64,000 nt of DNA from Candidatus Omnitrophota bacterium (GCA_016782485.1 JADHYK010000001.1:30081-94080), one strand, 5' to 3'. Positions 42,980 to 53,324 are shown, numbered from the stretch's first letter. Made by a program: numbers and translations. Notes: generated by a model from the letters alone, not told the origin.

Positions 42980-44233
42980 GAACGGCCGCGTAGTTGACCC
43001 GGCAAATCAGGTTGATGCGGTAATGGATATTTTGCTAGAGGGCTCCCGGATCTCCAGGGTTGCTAACGGGATAAACGACCGCGCAGATACGGTAATTGAT
43101 GCTGCCGGCAGGTTGGTGATGCCCGGGATAGTGGATATGCACGTGCACCTGAGAGAGCCGGGCAGGGAGGACAAGGAGACGATTGCAAGCGGGACAAGGG
43201 CAGCGGCTAAAGGCGGGGTGACCAGCGTTTTAGCCATGCCTAATACCTCCCCGGCCATTGATTGCGCAGGCAGCGTTGCTTTATTAAAAGGCATTATTCA
43301 TAAGACGGCAGCAGTAAATGTGTTTATCGCCGGAGCAATCACTTCAGGGCGCCAGGGTAAGGCGTTGACTGACATCGTAAAATTAAAAAAAGAAGGCATA
43401 GTCGCAATTTCTGATGATGGCGCCTCTGTAGATTCCGATGAGCTGATGTTGAGGGCGCTAAAGGAGGCAAAGAAAGCAGGGGTCTTGGTAATCTGCCATT
43501 GCGAGGATAAAAAGCTCTCTGCGCATGGCGCGGTTAATTTAGGCATAGTTTCTACGCGCATGGGGTTAAGGGGCATCTCCAAAGAGTCGGAATATAAACG
43601 GGTGCAGAGGGATGTTGATTTAGCAAAAAAGAGCGGTTCTTGCGTGCACATCGCGCATATAAGCTGCAGCGAGTCAGTTGAGATTATCGCTTCCGCTAAG
43701 AAAAAAAGGATAAAAGTTACCGCCGAGACAGCGCCGCATTATTTTTCCTTGGCTGAAGAGGCGGTGTCAGGATTTGATACCAACCTGAAGATGAACCCTC
43801 CGTTAAGAGGGGACGCTGATGTAGCTGCCGTCCGGCAGGGATTAGCCGACGGCACTATAGACGTTATCGCCTCAGACCATGCCCCGCATACCGAAAATGA
43901 GAAAGAGATTGAATTCGAGCGGGCAGAGTTCGGCGTAACCGGGCTGGAGACAGAACTGGCTGTGTGCATAACAGAGCTAATCCGCTCCGGCGTATTGGAT
44001 TGGAGCGGGCTGGTTAAGAAACTTGCGCTTAATCCCGCCGGGATTTTAGGGATAGATAAAGGCACTTTAAGGGCAGGGGCGGATGCAGACCTGATTGTGG
44101 TTAACCCTGATCAAGAGTGGGTTGTGCAGAAAGAACGCTTGGTTTCTAAATCTAAAAATTCGGCATTCCTGGGGAAAAGATTAAACGGGGTGGTTGAGTA
44201 TACCATTTGCGGCGGTAAAATAGTTTATCAATT

Positions 44234-45472
44234 ATGAAGTTTATTGCTGATTTTCATATCCATTCTAAATACAGCCGGGCTACATCCCGGGATATGGATG
44301 TGAAGCACCTTGCCGAATGGGCAAAGCTTAAGGGCATCACCCTTATGGGCACGGGCGATTTTACCCACCACCTCTGGCTTGAGGAGCTAAAACACAACTT
44401 AGAAGATTTAGGCAACGGCCTGTATAAATACCAGGACGTATATTTTATGCTCACCGCCGAGATCAGCAGCATTTACTCCAAAAAGGGGAGGGGTTACAGG
44501 ATACACAATATAATCTTCAGCCCTTCCTTTAAGACCACGGATAAGATCAACGAGGCGCTCGCACGCAGGGGCAACCTGGCCAGCGACGGCAGGCCGATTT
44601 TAGGGGTTGATGCTGCGGAGATTGCGCGTATTGTCTTTGACATTGACGAAAACTGTATGGTTGTCCCAGGTCATATCTGGACTCCGTGGTTCAGCCTCTT
44701 CGGCTCGATGTCCGGCTTTGATAAAATCCAGGATTGCTTTGAAGAGCAGACGCCGAAAATATTTGCTTTGGAAACAGGCTTAAGCAGCGATCCCTCTATG
44801 AATTGGAGGCTTTCGGCGCTGGATAAATTTACCTTAATATCAAACAGCGATTCCCATTCTCCTTCAAAAATCGGCCGGGAGGCAAATGTTTTTGATTGCG
44901 AGCTGGATTACCGGACTATCCGCGAGGTTTTAAAGACCAAGGATAAAAGTAAGTTTTTATACACTATTGAATTTTTCCCTGAAGAGGGCAAATACCATTA
45001 TGATGGGCACCGTTTATGCGGGGTAAGGCTTTCACCCGAAGAGACTAAAAAAAATAACGGCCGCTGCCCTAAATGCGGCAAGCCCGTAACTGTAGGGGTA
45101 ATGAATCGGGTAGAAAAGTTGGCTGACCGGCCGGAGGGATTTAAGCCGGATAACGCCATCCCTTTTAAAAACCTTATATCTCTGGATGAGATTATTGCCG
45201 AAGTAAAGGGCGTGGGCAAGGGGTCTGTGGCGGTAGAGAGGGATTATCACAGCTGCCTGGCTAAATTCGGCACTGAGTTTGATATTCTCTTAAAGGCCAC
45301 CAAAGAAGAGCTTATGAGCGGCCTGCCTAAGCGCATAGCAGAGGGGGTATTACGCGTCCGCGAAGGCAGGGTGAATATTAAGGCCGGCTTTGATGGGGAA
45401 TATGGGATTATTTCCATCTTTGGCGATGAGGATAAAGAGAAGAAACAGGAACAGCAATTAAGCTTGTTTTAA
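44234..45472 (+). CDS. Endonuclease Q-like protein (TIGR00375 family; PHP-like domain plus zinc ribbon)
   Basis: N-terminal FIADFHIHSKYSRATS (PHP-type HxH), CPKCGKP zinc ribbon, about 412 aa as for EndoQ. Embedded between pyrC and carA. Confidence 0.55.
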   Translation: MKFIADFHIHSKYSRATSRDMDVKHLAEWAKLKGITLMGTGDFTHHLWLEELKHNLEDLGNGLYKYQDVYFMLTAEISSIYSKKGRGYRIHNIIFSPSFKTTDKINEALARRGNLASDGRPILGVDAAEIARIVFDIDENCMVVPGHIWTPWFSLFGSMSGFDKIQDCFEEQTPKIFALETGLSSDPSMNWRLSALDKFTLISNSDSHSPSKIGREANVFDCELDYRTIREVLKTKDKSKFLYTIEFFPEEGKYHYDGHRLCGVRLSPEETKKNNGRCPKCGKPVTVGVMNRVEKLADRPEGFKPDNAIPFKNLISLDEIIAEVKGVGKGSVAVERDYHSCLAKFGTEFDILLKATKEELMSGLPKRIAEGVLRVREGRVNIKAGFDGEYGIISIFGDEDKEKKQEQQLSLF

Positions 45473-45473
45473 T

Positions 45474-45545
45474 GCGCCTGTGGCCCAACGGATAGGGCAC
45501 CAGCCTCCGGAGCTGGGTGTGACAGTTCGATTCTGTCCAGGCGCA
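45474..45545 (+). tRNA. tRNA-Arg (anticodon CCG)
   Basis: GCGCCTGTGGCCCAACGGATAGGGCACCAGCCTCCGGAGCTGGGTGTGACAGTTCGATTCTGTCCAGGCGCA. Anticodon loop CTCCGGA. 1 nt after the EndoQ-like stop. Confidence 0.8.
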
Positions 45546-45690
45546 TACTGTTAAGACAGAAGCGAACTGAAGGGGGTGTGGGGGAAAATTTCCCCCACGT
45601 CCGGGGGAGAACAGCGATTCCTTAAGTTTTTATTCAGTGAGAGCGTTAAGAGGGGGCTTGCCCCCTCTTAAGGAGCGAACGCAGTGAGCG

Positions 45691-45718
45691 ACAGGTTCGA
45701 TTCTGTCCAGGCGCACCA
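45691..45718 (+). repeat. Direct duplicate of the tRNA-Arg 3' end (T-arm plus acceptor, with CCA), 145 nt downstream of the tRNA. att-like scar
   Basis: ACAGGTTCGATTCTGTCCAGGCGCACCA against tRNA ACAGTTCGATTCTGTCCAGGCGCA, 25/26 match. The intervening 145 bp holds two G/C-run hairpins (GTGGGGGAAAATTTCCCCCAC; TTAAGAGGGGGCTTGCCCCCTCTTAA). Confidence 0.7.
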
Positions 45719-45725
45719 CAAATAT

Positions 45726-46181
45726 ATGCGTAAAAAAGTCGTAAGTGTAATAGGCGGACATAGTTGTAATAAAGAAGTGGAGCAAGTTGCCCACGATTTA
45801 GGCAAAAAATTGGCAAAAGTGGTTGGGATACTCGTTTCTGGCGGTTTAAGTGGTACAATGGAGGCGGTATGTAAAGGATTTAAGGCCAACGGCGGCCTAA
45901 CTATAGGCATTATCCCGGGATACATCAAAGGCGATGCTAATCCCCATGTGGATATTGTCATTCCTACCGGCTTAGGATTAGCGAGAAATGTTTTAGTGGT
46001 AAAAAGCGCGGATGCGGTGGTTGCCCTTCCGGGAGAGGCAGGTACCCTTTCGGAGATCGCCTATTGTTTGCAGTTTGGTATACCGGTGATCAGCCTGGGC
46101 TCTTGGGATATCCGCGGGGTAATTAAGGTAAAGACAGTTGAGGATGCAGTGGATAAAGTCAAATCTTTACTTGGACGATAA
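45726..46181 (+). CDS. LOG-family / TIGR00725 Rossmann-fold protein (SLOG-type)
   Basis: VSVIGG...GILVSGGLSGTMEAV...VALPGEAGTLSEI (PGGxGTxxE-like motif). Start taken at ATG 45726. The track's upstream extension is the tRNA duplicate. Confidence 0.55.
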   Translation: MRKKVVSVIGGHSCNKEVEQVAHDLGKKLAKVVGILVSGGLSGTMEAVCKGFKANGGLTIGIIPGYIKGDANPHVDIVIPTGLGLARNVLVVKSADAVVALPGEAGTLSEIAYCLQFGIPVISLGSWDIRGVIKVKTVEDAVDKVKSLLGR

Positions 46182-46256
46182 CAAGCGTTGCCAGTAGGGT
46201 CTGTCCCCGAAGGGGACTGACCCACGACAAGATAAGTACAGAATGGGAGATAAGCG

Positions 46257-47324
46257 ATGAAGGCAATTCTAATGCTGGAAGACGGCAAGAGTTTTACGGC
46301 AGAGGCCTTAGGCCCCTGCCCGGAAAGAGCAGGAGAGGTGATTTTTAACACCGCAGTTGTCGGCTATCAAGAGATGATTACTGACCCGGCAAACGCCGGA
46401 AAGATCCTGGTGCTTACTTACCCGTTAATCGGTAATTATGGCTGTGCCCCGAAATTCAACGAATCAGGCAGGGCCTGGGTTAGCGCAGTAGTGATTAAAG
46501 AGAGTTCGCGTATTTACTCTAATTGGCAGGCAAAATACGGCTTTGAAGAGTTTGTTAAAAAACAGAATGTAGTAATGCTCAGCGGCGTTGATACGCGCAG
46601 CTTAACCCTGCATTTAAGGCAGAAGGGCTGGATGCAGGGAATTATATCAACTACTAATTTTGATAAGAACCGCCTGCTTGCCGGCATCAAAAATTACAAA
46701 AAGGAAAAACTCCTGCCGGAAATTTCAGTCAAGACAATAATAGAAACGGGCAGGAAAAAGGCAAAACATAGAATAGCTGTTCTGGACTTAGGTATCACCA
46801 AGAGCCTGATAAGACAACTGCAGGCTTTGGGCCTCTCAGTAATGCTCTGCCCCTATGATACGCCGGCAGAGGAGGTATTGCGTCTTAAGCCGCAGGCCCT
46901 GATTATTTCCGGGGGGCCGGAGGCAGCCCCGGAAATAAAGAACATTGAAGAGAACGTTAAGCAGCTAATCGGAAAATTGCCCATACTGGGTATCTCTACC
47001 GGGTGCCTGTTACTGGCAGCCAGCTTAGGGGCAAAGATTATCAGGATGAAGCTGGGCCATCACGGCGTCAATTACCCTATCTGCAGCCCTACCTCTTACA
47101 AGGGGGAGATTACCGTACAGAACCATGCTTATGCCGTGGATAGTGCTTCGGTTTCCAGAATAAAAAACGTAAAGATTACCGCTATTAATTTAAACGACCG
47201 CACTGTGGAGTCTATCGAGAGTAAGAAGTTAAGGCTTACCGGCATCCAGTATTATCCGGTCAGCCCGGGCTTTGACGAAGTAAATCCCATATTAATGAGA
47301 TTTATAAAGATGATTAAAAAATAA
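46257..47324 (+). CDS. carA: Carbamoyl-phosphate synthase small (glutaminase) subunit
   Basis: N-terminal CPSase small-chain domain plus class I GATase (GISTGCLLLA, HHG). Confidence 0.9.
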   Translation: MKAILMLEDGKSFTAEALGPCPERAGEVIFNTAVVGYQEMITDPANAGKILVLTYPLIGNYGCAPKFNESGRAWVSAVVIKESSRIYSNWQAKYGFEEFVKKQNVVMLSGVDTRSLTLHLRQKGWMQGIISTTNFDKNRLLAGIKNYKKEKLLPEISVKTIIETGRKKAKHRIAVLDLGITKSLIRQLQALGLSVMLCPYDTPAEEVLRLKPQALIISGGPEAAPEIKNIEENVKQLIGKLPILGISTGCLLLAASLGAKIIRMKLGHHGVNYPICSPTSYKGEITVQNHAYAVDSASVSRIKNVKITAINLNDRTVESIESKKLRLTGIQYYPVSPGFDEVNPILMRFIKMIKK

Positions 47325-47352
47325 GATATCTATTTAGCGGAAGGAGAAGGCA

Positions 47353-50300
47353 ATGCCCAGAAGAAAAGACATAAAGAAGGTCCTGATGATCGGTTCAGGG
47401 CCGATAATCATAGGGCAGGCATGTGAATTTGACTATTCGGGCTCTCAGGCCTGCAAGGCGTTAAGAGAAGAGGGGTATTTTACGATACTGGTTAATTCCA
47501 ACCCGGCTACGATTATGACTGATCCGGGTTTAGCGGACGTTACCTATATAGAGCCCTTGACAATCGAAACGGTAACAAAGATTATCGCGAAAGAACGGCC
47601 GGATGCCATCCTGCCTACTCTCGGCGGACAGACCGGGTTGAACCTGGCTTTCTTTCTGATGAGGGCGGGGGTTCTGAAAAAATTCGGGGTGGAATCCATA
47701 GGCGCGGCAGTAGATGCTATCTCCTGCGCAGAAGACCGGCAGCTTTTTAAGAAGGCGATGCAGGAGATCGGGGTGGATGTCCCGAAAAGCGGGATCGTTA
47801 CCTCTGTCGAAGAGGGGATGCGTATCGGCACCAACATCGGCTTTCCGTTAATCCTGCGGCCGGCCTACTGTTTAGGCGGCAGCGGAGGCGCTACGGTTTA
47901 TAATAAGCAGGAGCTTGAAAAATTTCTGCTCAAAGGCCTGGAGGCAAGCCCGGTGCATCAGGTGCTGGTAGAGCAGTCGGTACTGGGATGGAAGGAGATA
48001 GAATTCGAGGTAATGCGCGACTCGGCCGATAACGTGATTATGATCACCTCGATGGAGAACGTCGACCCCATGGGGGTACATACCGGTGACAGCATAGTGG
48101 TTGCCCCTGCGCAGACCTTAACCGCCGAGGAATATGCGAATTTTGTGCACCTCTCCAAAAAAATAATCCGCCGCATCGGAATCTCCGGAGGCGGAGCCAA
48201 TATTCAGTTTGCGCAAGACCCGGCAAACGGCCATATCGTGATTATCGAGGTAAATCCCCGGCTTTCGCGCTCCTCCGCGCTTGCCTCAAAGGCAACCGGT
48301 TTTCCGATTGCGCGGGTAGCGACCAAGCTTGCAATCGGCCTGACCCTGCCGGAGGTGATGAACCAGATCACCGCAAGGACCACCTCGTTTTTTGAACCGA
48401 CGGTAGATTACTGCGTCTTTAAAATCTGCAGGTTTACCTTTGAGAAGTTCCCCGGCAGCGAGCGCATCCTGAACACCTCGATGAAGGCGGTAGGCGAGGC
48501 GATGTCCATCGGCAGGAATTTCAAAGAGGCGCTGCAGAAAGGCATCCGTTCAATGGAGATATCGCGTTTCGGTTTTGGCTGCGATGGCAAGGATAAGATT
48601 ACCGACTCCATGCTCCTGAAAGCCGATAACGGGCTGATGAAATTAATCAAAGATAAAATCCGCATCCCCAATGACGAGCGGCTCTTCTATATCCGCTACG
48701 GGCTTAAGGCCGGCCTTTCGGTAGAGCAGATTCACAAGCTCTCCCGGATTGACCCCTGGTTTATAGACAACATGAAAGAGCTGGTTGAATTGGAAGAGAA
48801 GGTCAAGGGCTTCAGGAACAAAGAGGGCGATAAGGCAATAGAGCTTCCTGACCAGCTCTTGGGAGAGGCCAAACGAAACGGATTTTCCGACAGGCAACTG
48901 GCTTTTCTGTTGAACAGCACGGAGGAAGAGATACGCAAATTCCGCAAGAAACAGAATAAAAAAGCGGTGTATAAACTGGTGGATACCTGTGCCGGAGAAT
49001 TCGGGGCAAAGCAGCCTTATTTTTATTCCAGCTATGACTCCAGCGACGAATCAAGGCCAAGCAAGAATAAAAAGGTGGTTATCTTAGGCGGCGGCCCGAA
49101 CCGGATCGGCCAGGGGATTGAATTTGATTATTGCTGCTGTCACGCTGCTTATGCCCTGAAAGAGGAGGGGATCGACAGTATTATGATAAATTGTAACCCC
49201 GAGACGGTTTCTACCGATTACGATACTTCGGACCGGCTGTATTTTGAACCGCTGACGCTGGAAGACATCCTGAACATTATCGAGCTGGAAAAGCCCATCG
49301 GGGCAATCGTGCAGTTCGGCGGGCAGACACCGCTTAATCTGGCCGTGCCGTTACTTAAGGCCGGGGTGCATATACTGGGGACTACTGCCGAGAGCATCGA
49401 TATTGCCGAGGATAGAAAACACTTTAAGCAGATGCTGCATAAGCTCCAGCTGACCCAGCCGGATAACGGCACTGCCTTTAACTTTAAAGAGGCGCAGGCT
49501 GTGGCAAGGACAATAGGCTATCCGGTTTTAATCAGGCCTTCGTATGTGTTAGGGGGCCGGGCAATGGAGATCGCCTATGATGAAAAGGCGCTGGAGAGAT
49601 TCATTAAAGAGGCGGCAGAGGTTTCCGGCGAGCATCCGGTGCTGATTGATAAATTCCTGGAGGACGCCATTGAGGTGGATGTGGATTTAATCGGCGACGG
49701 AGAGACTTTTGTCATCGGAGGGATCCTGGAGCATATTGAGGCCGCCGGCATCCACTCCGGGGATTCGGCGATGTCTTTACCATCTTATAGCCTCTCGCAG
49801 GAGGTGCTGGATAAAATCAGGGAGGCCAGCCGCAAGATGGCCAGGGAGCTTGGTACCAGGGGCCTGATGAACGTGCAGTATGCGGTTAAGGACGGGCAGG
49901 TATATGTGCTGGAGGTTAATCCCCGGGCATCAAGGACTGTGCCATTTGTGTCAAAGGCAATCGGGGTGCCGCTGGCAAAGCTGGCGACTAAAATCATGCT
50001 GGGCAGGAAATTAAAGGACCTGGGCTTTACGCAGGAGATTATCCCGAAGCATTTCTGCGTCAAGGAATCGGTTTTTCCTTTTAACCGCTTCGCGGGCGTG
50101 GATATAATTTTAGGCCCGGAGATGAAATCTACCGGCGAGGTAATGGGGATCGATGAAGATTTCAGCCTCGCCTATATCAAGAGCCAGATTGCCGCCGGAC
50201 AGAATATTCCGCGCAAGGGCAGTGTGTTTATTTCGGTCCGAGATAAGGACAAGCGTCCGGTGGTATTTATCGCCAAGAAGCTCCAGGAGCTGGGTTTTCG

Positions 50301-50634
50301 CATTTATGCCACCTCAGGGACTGCGGCGGCTTTAGAGAAGAATAATATTGCGGTTGAGGCGGTGTGCAAAATTGCCGAGGGCAGGCCCAATATCCTGGAT
50401 TTAATGAAGGACGGCAAGATACAGCTGGTGATAAATACGCCTTCCGGCAGGATCCCCCGGCAGGATGAAGTCAAAATCCGCTCGCAGGTGATTCTCTACA
50501 ATATCCCTTACACCACTACTATTTACGGCGCACAGGCTACGGTCAACGGCCTGGAGGCGCTGATTAAAAAGGGTCTGAAAGTAAAATCACTGCAGGAATA
50601 CCACAAGACCAAAAAAACAAGAAGCAAAAAATAA
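47353..50634 (+). CDS. carB: Carbamoyl-phosphate synthase large subunit
   Basis: Duplicated ATP-grasp halves, oligomerisation domain, MGS-like C-terminal domain. 1093 aa. Confidence 0.95.
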   Translation: MPRRKDIKKVLMIGSGPIIIGQACEFDYSGSQACKALREEGYFTILVNSNPATIMTDPGLADVTYIEPLTIETVTKIIAKERPDAILPTLGGQTGLNLAFFLMRAGVLKKFGVESIGAAVDAISCAEDRQLFKKAMQEIGVDVPKSGIVTSVEEGMRIGTNIGFPLILRPAYCLGGSGGATVYNKQELEKFLLKGLEASPVHQVLVEQSVLGWKEIEFEVMRDSADNVIMITSMENVDPMGVHTGDSIVVAPAQTLTAEEYANFVHLSKKIIRRIGISGGGANIQFAQDPANGHIVIIEVNPRLSRSSALASKATGFPIARVATKLAIGLTLPEVMNQITARTTSFFEPTVDYCVFKICRFTFEKFPGSERILNTSMKAVGEAMSIGRNFKEALQKGIRSMEISRFGFGCDGKDKITDSMLLKADNGLMKLIKDKIRIPNDERLFYIRYGLKAGLSVEQIHKLSRIDPWFIDNMKELVELEEKVKGFRNKEGDKAIELPDQLLGEAKRNGFSDRQLAFLLNSTEEEIRKFRKKQNKKAVYKLVDTCAGEFGAKQPYFYSSYDSSDESRPSKNKKVVILGGGPNRIGQGIEFDYCCCHAAYALKEEGIDSIMINCNPETVSTDYDTSDRLYFEPLTLEDILNIIELEKPIGAIVQFGGQTPLNLAVPLLKAGVHILGTTAESIDIAEDRKHFKQMLHKLQLTQPDNGTAFNFKEAQAVARTIGYPVLIRPSYVLGGRAMEIAYDEKALERFIKEAAEVSGEHPVLIDKFLEDAIEVDVDLIGDGETFVIGGILEHIEAAGIHSGDSAMSLPSYSLSQEVLDKIREASRKMARELGTRGLMNVQYAVKDGQVYVLEVNPRASRTVPFVSKAIGVPLAKLATKIMLGRKLKDLGFTQEIIPKHFCVKESVFPFNRFAGVDIILGPEMKSTGEVMGIDEDFSLAYIKSQIAAGQNIPRKGSVFISVRDKDKRPVVFIAKKLQELGFRIYATSGTAAALEKNNIAVEAVCKIAEGRPNILDLMKDGKIQLVINTPSGRIPRQDEVKIRSQVILYNIPYTTTIYGAQATVNGLEALIKKGLKVKSLQEYHKTKKTRSKK

Positions 50635-50636
50635 AA

Positions 50637-51440
50637 ATGCCTGAACTCCCGGAAGTCGAGACAATAAAGCGAGAACTACAGAAGGTGGTGGTGGGTAAAA
50701 AAATTAGCGGGGTATGCGTGCATCATCCCAGGGTAATCCGCCAGCCTTCGCCTGCGCAATTCCGCAAGGGCTTAACCGGCGCCAGGATCAGGAGGGTGTT
50801 GCGCAAAGCAAAGCTATTGATTCTGGAATTGTCCAACGGGAAATCCCTGGCTATCCACCTGAAGATGACCGGGCAATTGATTTATCCGGGCACTGACTCC
50901 AAGGGCGCTCGGGTCAGCTTTGTTTTTGGCGACGGCACAAAGATGGATTTTAACGACCAGAGGCTCTTTGCTGAACTGAGGCTGCTTGATGACTGGCGTA
51001 CCTTGAAGTTTGTCAGGCAGCTTGGCCCCGAGCCGTTTGATTTGGATGTTAAACAGTTTAAGCGGATGCTCGCTAAAAAAAAGACTAAAATAAAACCGCT
51101 TTTGATGAACCAGGCTTTTATTGCCGGTATCGGTAACCTTTATGCCGCCGAGAGTTTATTCAGGGCGCGGATTCACCCCGGCCGCAGCGCCTCAAGCCTT
51201 GCTGATAAGGAAAAAGAGGCCTTATTCAAACAGATAAATAAGACGCTTAAGGGAGCGATTGAACACCGGGGTTCTTCCGTGGACCAATACCTGCAGCTAA
51301 ACGGCAGGCCGGGAAGTTATATAAAGTACCATAAAGTTTATGACCGCAGAGGAAAGGCATGCTTTAGATGCCAAACTCTTATAAAAAGGATTGTCTTGGG
51401 CGGCAGGGGGACATATTTTTGCCCGCAGTGCCAGAAATAA
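50637..51440 (+). CDS. mutM: Formamidopyrimidine-DNA glycosylase
   Basis: MPELPEVETIKREL N-terminus (Pro2/Glu3), H2TH, C-terminal zinc finger CFRCQT...CPQCQ. Confidence 0.9.
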   Translation: MPELPEVETIKRELQKVVVGKKISGVCVHHPRVIRQPSPAQFRKGLTGARIRRVLRKAKLLILELSNGKSLAIHLKMTGQLIYPGTDSKGARVSFVFGDGTKMDFNDQRLFAELRLLDDWRTLKFVRQLGPEPFDLDVKQFKRMLAKKKTKIKPLLMNQAFIAGIGNLYAAESLFRARIHPGRSASSLADKEKEALFKQINKTLKGAIEHRGSSVDQYLQLNGRPGSYIKYHKVYDRRGKACFRCQTLIKRIVLGGRGTYFCPQCQK

Positions 51441-51446
51441 ACGCTG

Positions 51447-52145
51447 ATGAAGAAACGCATTAAAATCAACGGTATTATTATAGTTGCGGCTGTTGCCCTG
51501 GCAGTATTATTTCCCGATGAGTTTCTGCGCAGCGGGCGGATGAGATTCTGCGATGAATTTCTTAGGATAACCGGCTTAGGGCTGGTACTGTTAGGGCAGT
51601 TATTGCGGGTTTCGGCGCGCGGGCATAAGGCCGAACTTTCAGAGAATAGCCGTTCCCTGGTATGTACAGGGCCCTATATGGCAGTGCGCAACCCCATGTA
51701 TCTGGGGATACTTTTAACCGGCTCAGGCGTGGTGCTGGTATTGTTTCAGTGGTGGGTGGCGGTAATATTTTTATCGGTTTTTGTCATCCGCTACATCTTG
51801 CTGATACTAGAGGAGGAAAAGAAGCTCCTGGCGTTTTTTCCCAGGGAGTATGAGGAGTATATGTCCAGGGTGCCGCGCCTATTTCCAAGCTTTAGCATAT
51901 TGCGCGGGGAGGTAAGTGATTACCTGCCCTTCAAATTCTTCTGGTTAAAGAAAGAAATGGCTTCGATTGCAGCGGTGGTATTAATTACCTTAGGCATAGA
52001 GTTCTGGCAGAAGGCGAAAATCGGGAGTTTGGCGGCCTATCCCGAAGAATTAGCCGCGGCATTAATCGTAATCCTGCTTTTTTCTTGCTTCGGTGTTTAT
52101 TTAAATAAGAGGACCTATGGTTTCAAAGAAGAAGTTACAATTTAA
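51447..52145 (+). CDS. ICMT/PEMT-family membrane methyltransferase
   Basis: VRNPMYLGILL ... EEEKKLLAFFPREYEEYMSRVPRLFP matches isoprenylcysteine carboxyl / phospholipid methyltransferase motifs. Confidence 0.55.
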   Translation: MKKRIKINGIIIVAAVALAVLFPDEFLRSGRMRFCDEFLRITGLGLVLLGQLLRVSARGHKAELSENSRSLVCTGPYMAVRNPMYLGILLTGSGVVLVLFQWWVAVIFLSVFVIRYILLILEEEKKLLAFFPREYEEYMSRVPRLFPSFSILRGEVSDYLPFKFFWLKKEMASIAAVVLITLGIEFWQKAKIGSLAAYPEELAAALIVILLFSCFGVYLNKRTYGFKEEVTI

Positions 52146-52968
52146 AGCAAAGCTGTTATATAATAAGAGAGAAAAGGGGAGTTTTTTTCGTCTGAAGATC
52201 CTTGCCCCGGCTATAGCCGCAAGTTGCCTGCCCGGGCAATTTGTCACCCTGAGATTAACCGACGGCTGCCAGCCGTTGTTAAGAAGGCCTTTTAGCATAC
52301 ACAGGATAAGCGGGTCCGGGGTTGAAATACTTTATGAGCTGGTCGGCCGGGGGACGCAAATCCTATCGCAGAAGAGGCCGGGGGAGTACCTGGATATAAT
52401 CGGGCCGCTGGGTAACGGCTTTAACTATCCGCTATCCGCTATCCGCTATCCGCTATCAATTTTGGTTGCCGGCGGAATGGGAGTCGCGCCGCTATTGTTT
52501 CTGGCAGAAAGGTTAGCGTATAGCGTAGAGCGTAGAGCGCATAGTAAAGGTCGCCTATACGCTAAACGCTATCCGCTAAACGCTTTTGTATTGATCGGCG
52601 CTAAGAATAAAAATCAAATCTTGTGCGAAAAGGAATTTAGAAAATTTGGTTGCACGGTAAAGATCGCCACCGATGACGGCTCTAAGGGCTATAAAGGCAA
52701 AGTCACGCAATTATTGCAGCACTTACTATCGACTATCGACCATCGACTATCGACCATCTACGGCTGCGGCCCGCGCCCTATGCTCAAAGAGATCAGCCGC
52801 ATCTGTCAAAGGCGTAATCTAGCGGCGCAACTTTCACTGGAAGAGCATATGGCCTGCGGCATCGGCGCCTGCCTGGGCTGCGCAGTAGATACAAAAGAGG
52901 GTTATAAGACGGTCTGTAAAGACGGGCCGGTATTTGATGCGGACCGGATAATCTGGGAGGCAGAATGA
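52117..52968 (+). CDS. pyrK: Dihydroorotate dehydrogenase (class 1B) electron-transfer subunit, carrying three in-frame repeat insertions
   Basis: FAD/NAD-binding (RPFSI, GPLGNGF, VAGGMGVAPL) and a C-terminal 2Fe-2S Cys cluster (CGIGACLGCAV). Inserted peptides: NYPLSAIRYPLS, AYSVERRAHSKGRLYAKRYPLNA, STIDHRLSTI. Confidence 0.85.
   Translation: MVSKKKLQFKAKLLYNKREKGSFFRLKILAPAIAASCLPGQFVTLRLTDGCQPLLRRPFSIHRISGSGVEILYELVGRGTQILSQKRPGEYLDIIGPLGNGFNYPLSAIRYPLSILVAGGMGVAPLLFLAERLAYSVERRAHSKGRLYAKRYPLNAFVLIGAKNKNQILCEKEFRKFGCTVKIATDDGSKGYKGKVTQLLQHLLSTIDHRLSTIYGCGPRPMLKEISRICQRRNLAAQLSLEEHMACGIGACLGCAVDTKEGYKTVCKDGPVFDADRIIWEAE
52425..52457 (+). repeat. Tandem heptamer array (CTATCCG x4.7) inside pyrK, in frame
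   Basis: CTATCCGCTATCCGCTATCCGCTATCCGCTATC. The motif also occurs at the 3' end of the 70-bp element (CGCTATCCGCT). Confidence 0.7.
52515..52584 (+). mobile_element. 70-bp imperfect-palindromic element inserted in frame in pyrK, identical to the pheT copy
   Basis: 70/70 nt identical to the reverse complement of 12827..12896. Both copies are in the same reading frame relative to the element and encode the same peptide. Confidence 0.8.
52725..52758 (+). repeat. Tandem 8/7-mer array (CTATCGAC/CATCGAC) inside pyrK, in frame
   Basis: ACTATCGACTATCGACCATCGACTATCGACCATC, encoding STIDHRLSTI. Confidence 0.6.
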
Positions 52969-53324
52969 ATCGGGTACTCTATATTGCTTTGGGCTTAATC
53001 GCCGGCATAGCCAGCGGCATCCTTGGCATCGGAGGCGGGATGATTTTAATCCCGGCCATGGTATTTGTCTTCGGGCTGACGCAGCATCAGGCACAGGGCA
53101 CTACCCTTGCCCTGATGGTCCCGCCCATCGGATTATTAGCGGCATTACGCTATTATCAGAGCGGGAACGTGAAATTAGGCATGGCGGCATTTATCTGTCT
53201 GGGGTTTTTCGTGGGGGGCCTCATTGGAGCCAACATGGTGCAAAATGTGCCGGAACTTTTTTTAAAAAGGCTGTTCGGGGCAGTTTTGTTAATAGTGGCG
53301 GTCAGGATGATCCTTACTAAATGA
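52965..53324 (+). CDS. Half-size TauE/SafE (DUF81) family membrane protein
   Basis: 119 aa, 4 TM helices, GIGGGMILIPAMV motif. Lies between pyrK and pyrD. Confidence 0.5.
   Translation: MNRVLYIALGLIAGIASGILGIGGGMILIPAMVFVFGLTQHQAQGTTLALMVPPIGLLAALRYYQSGNVKLGMAAFICLGFFVGGLIGANMVQNVPELFLKRLFGAVLLIVAVRMILTK

Noticed and set aside
45684-45725. N-terminal 14 codons of the track's LOG-family ORF (MSDRFDSVQAHHKY)
   Set aside because: They are the translation of the duplicated tRNA-Arg 3' fragment. The start was reassigned to ATG at 45726.
52425-52758. Heptamer arrays considered as a possible CRISPR array
   Set aside because: Units of 7-8 nt are directly tandem without spacers, far shorter than CRISPR repeats. 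They lie inside a CDS and no cas genes are nearby.
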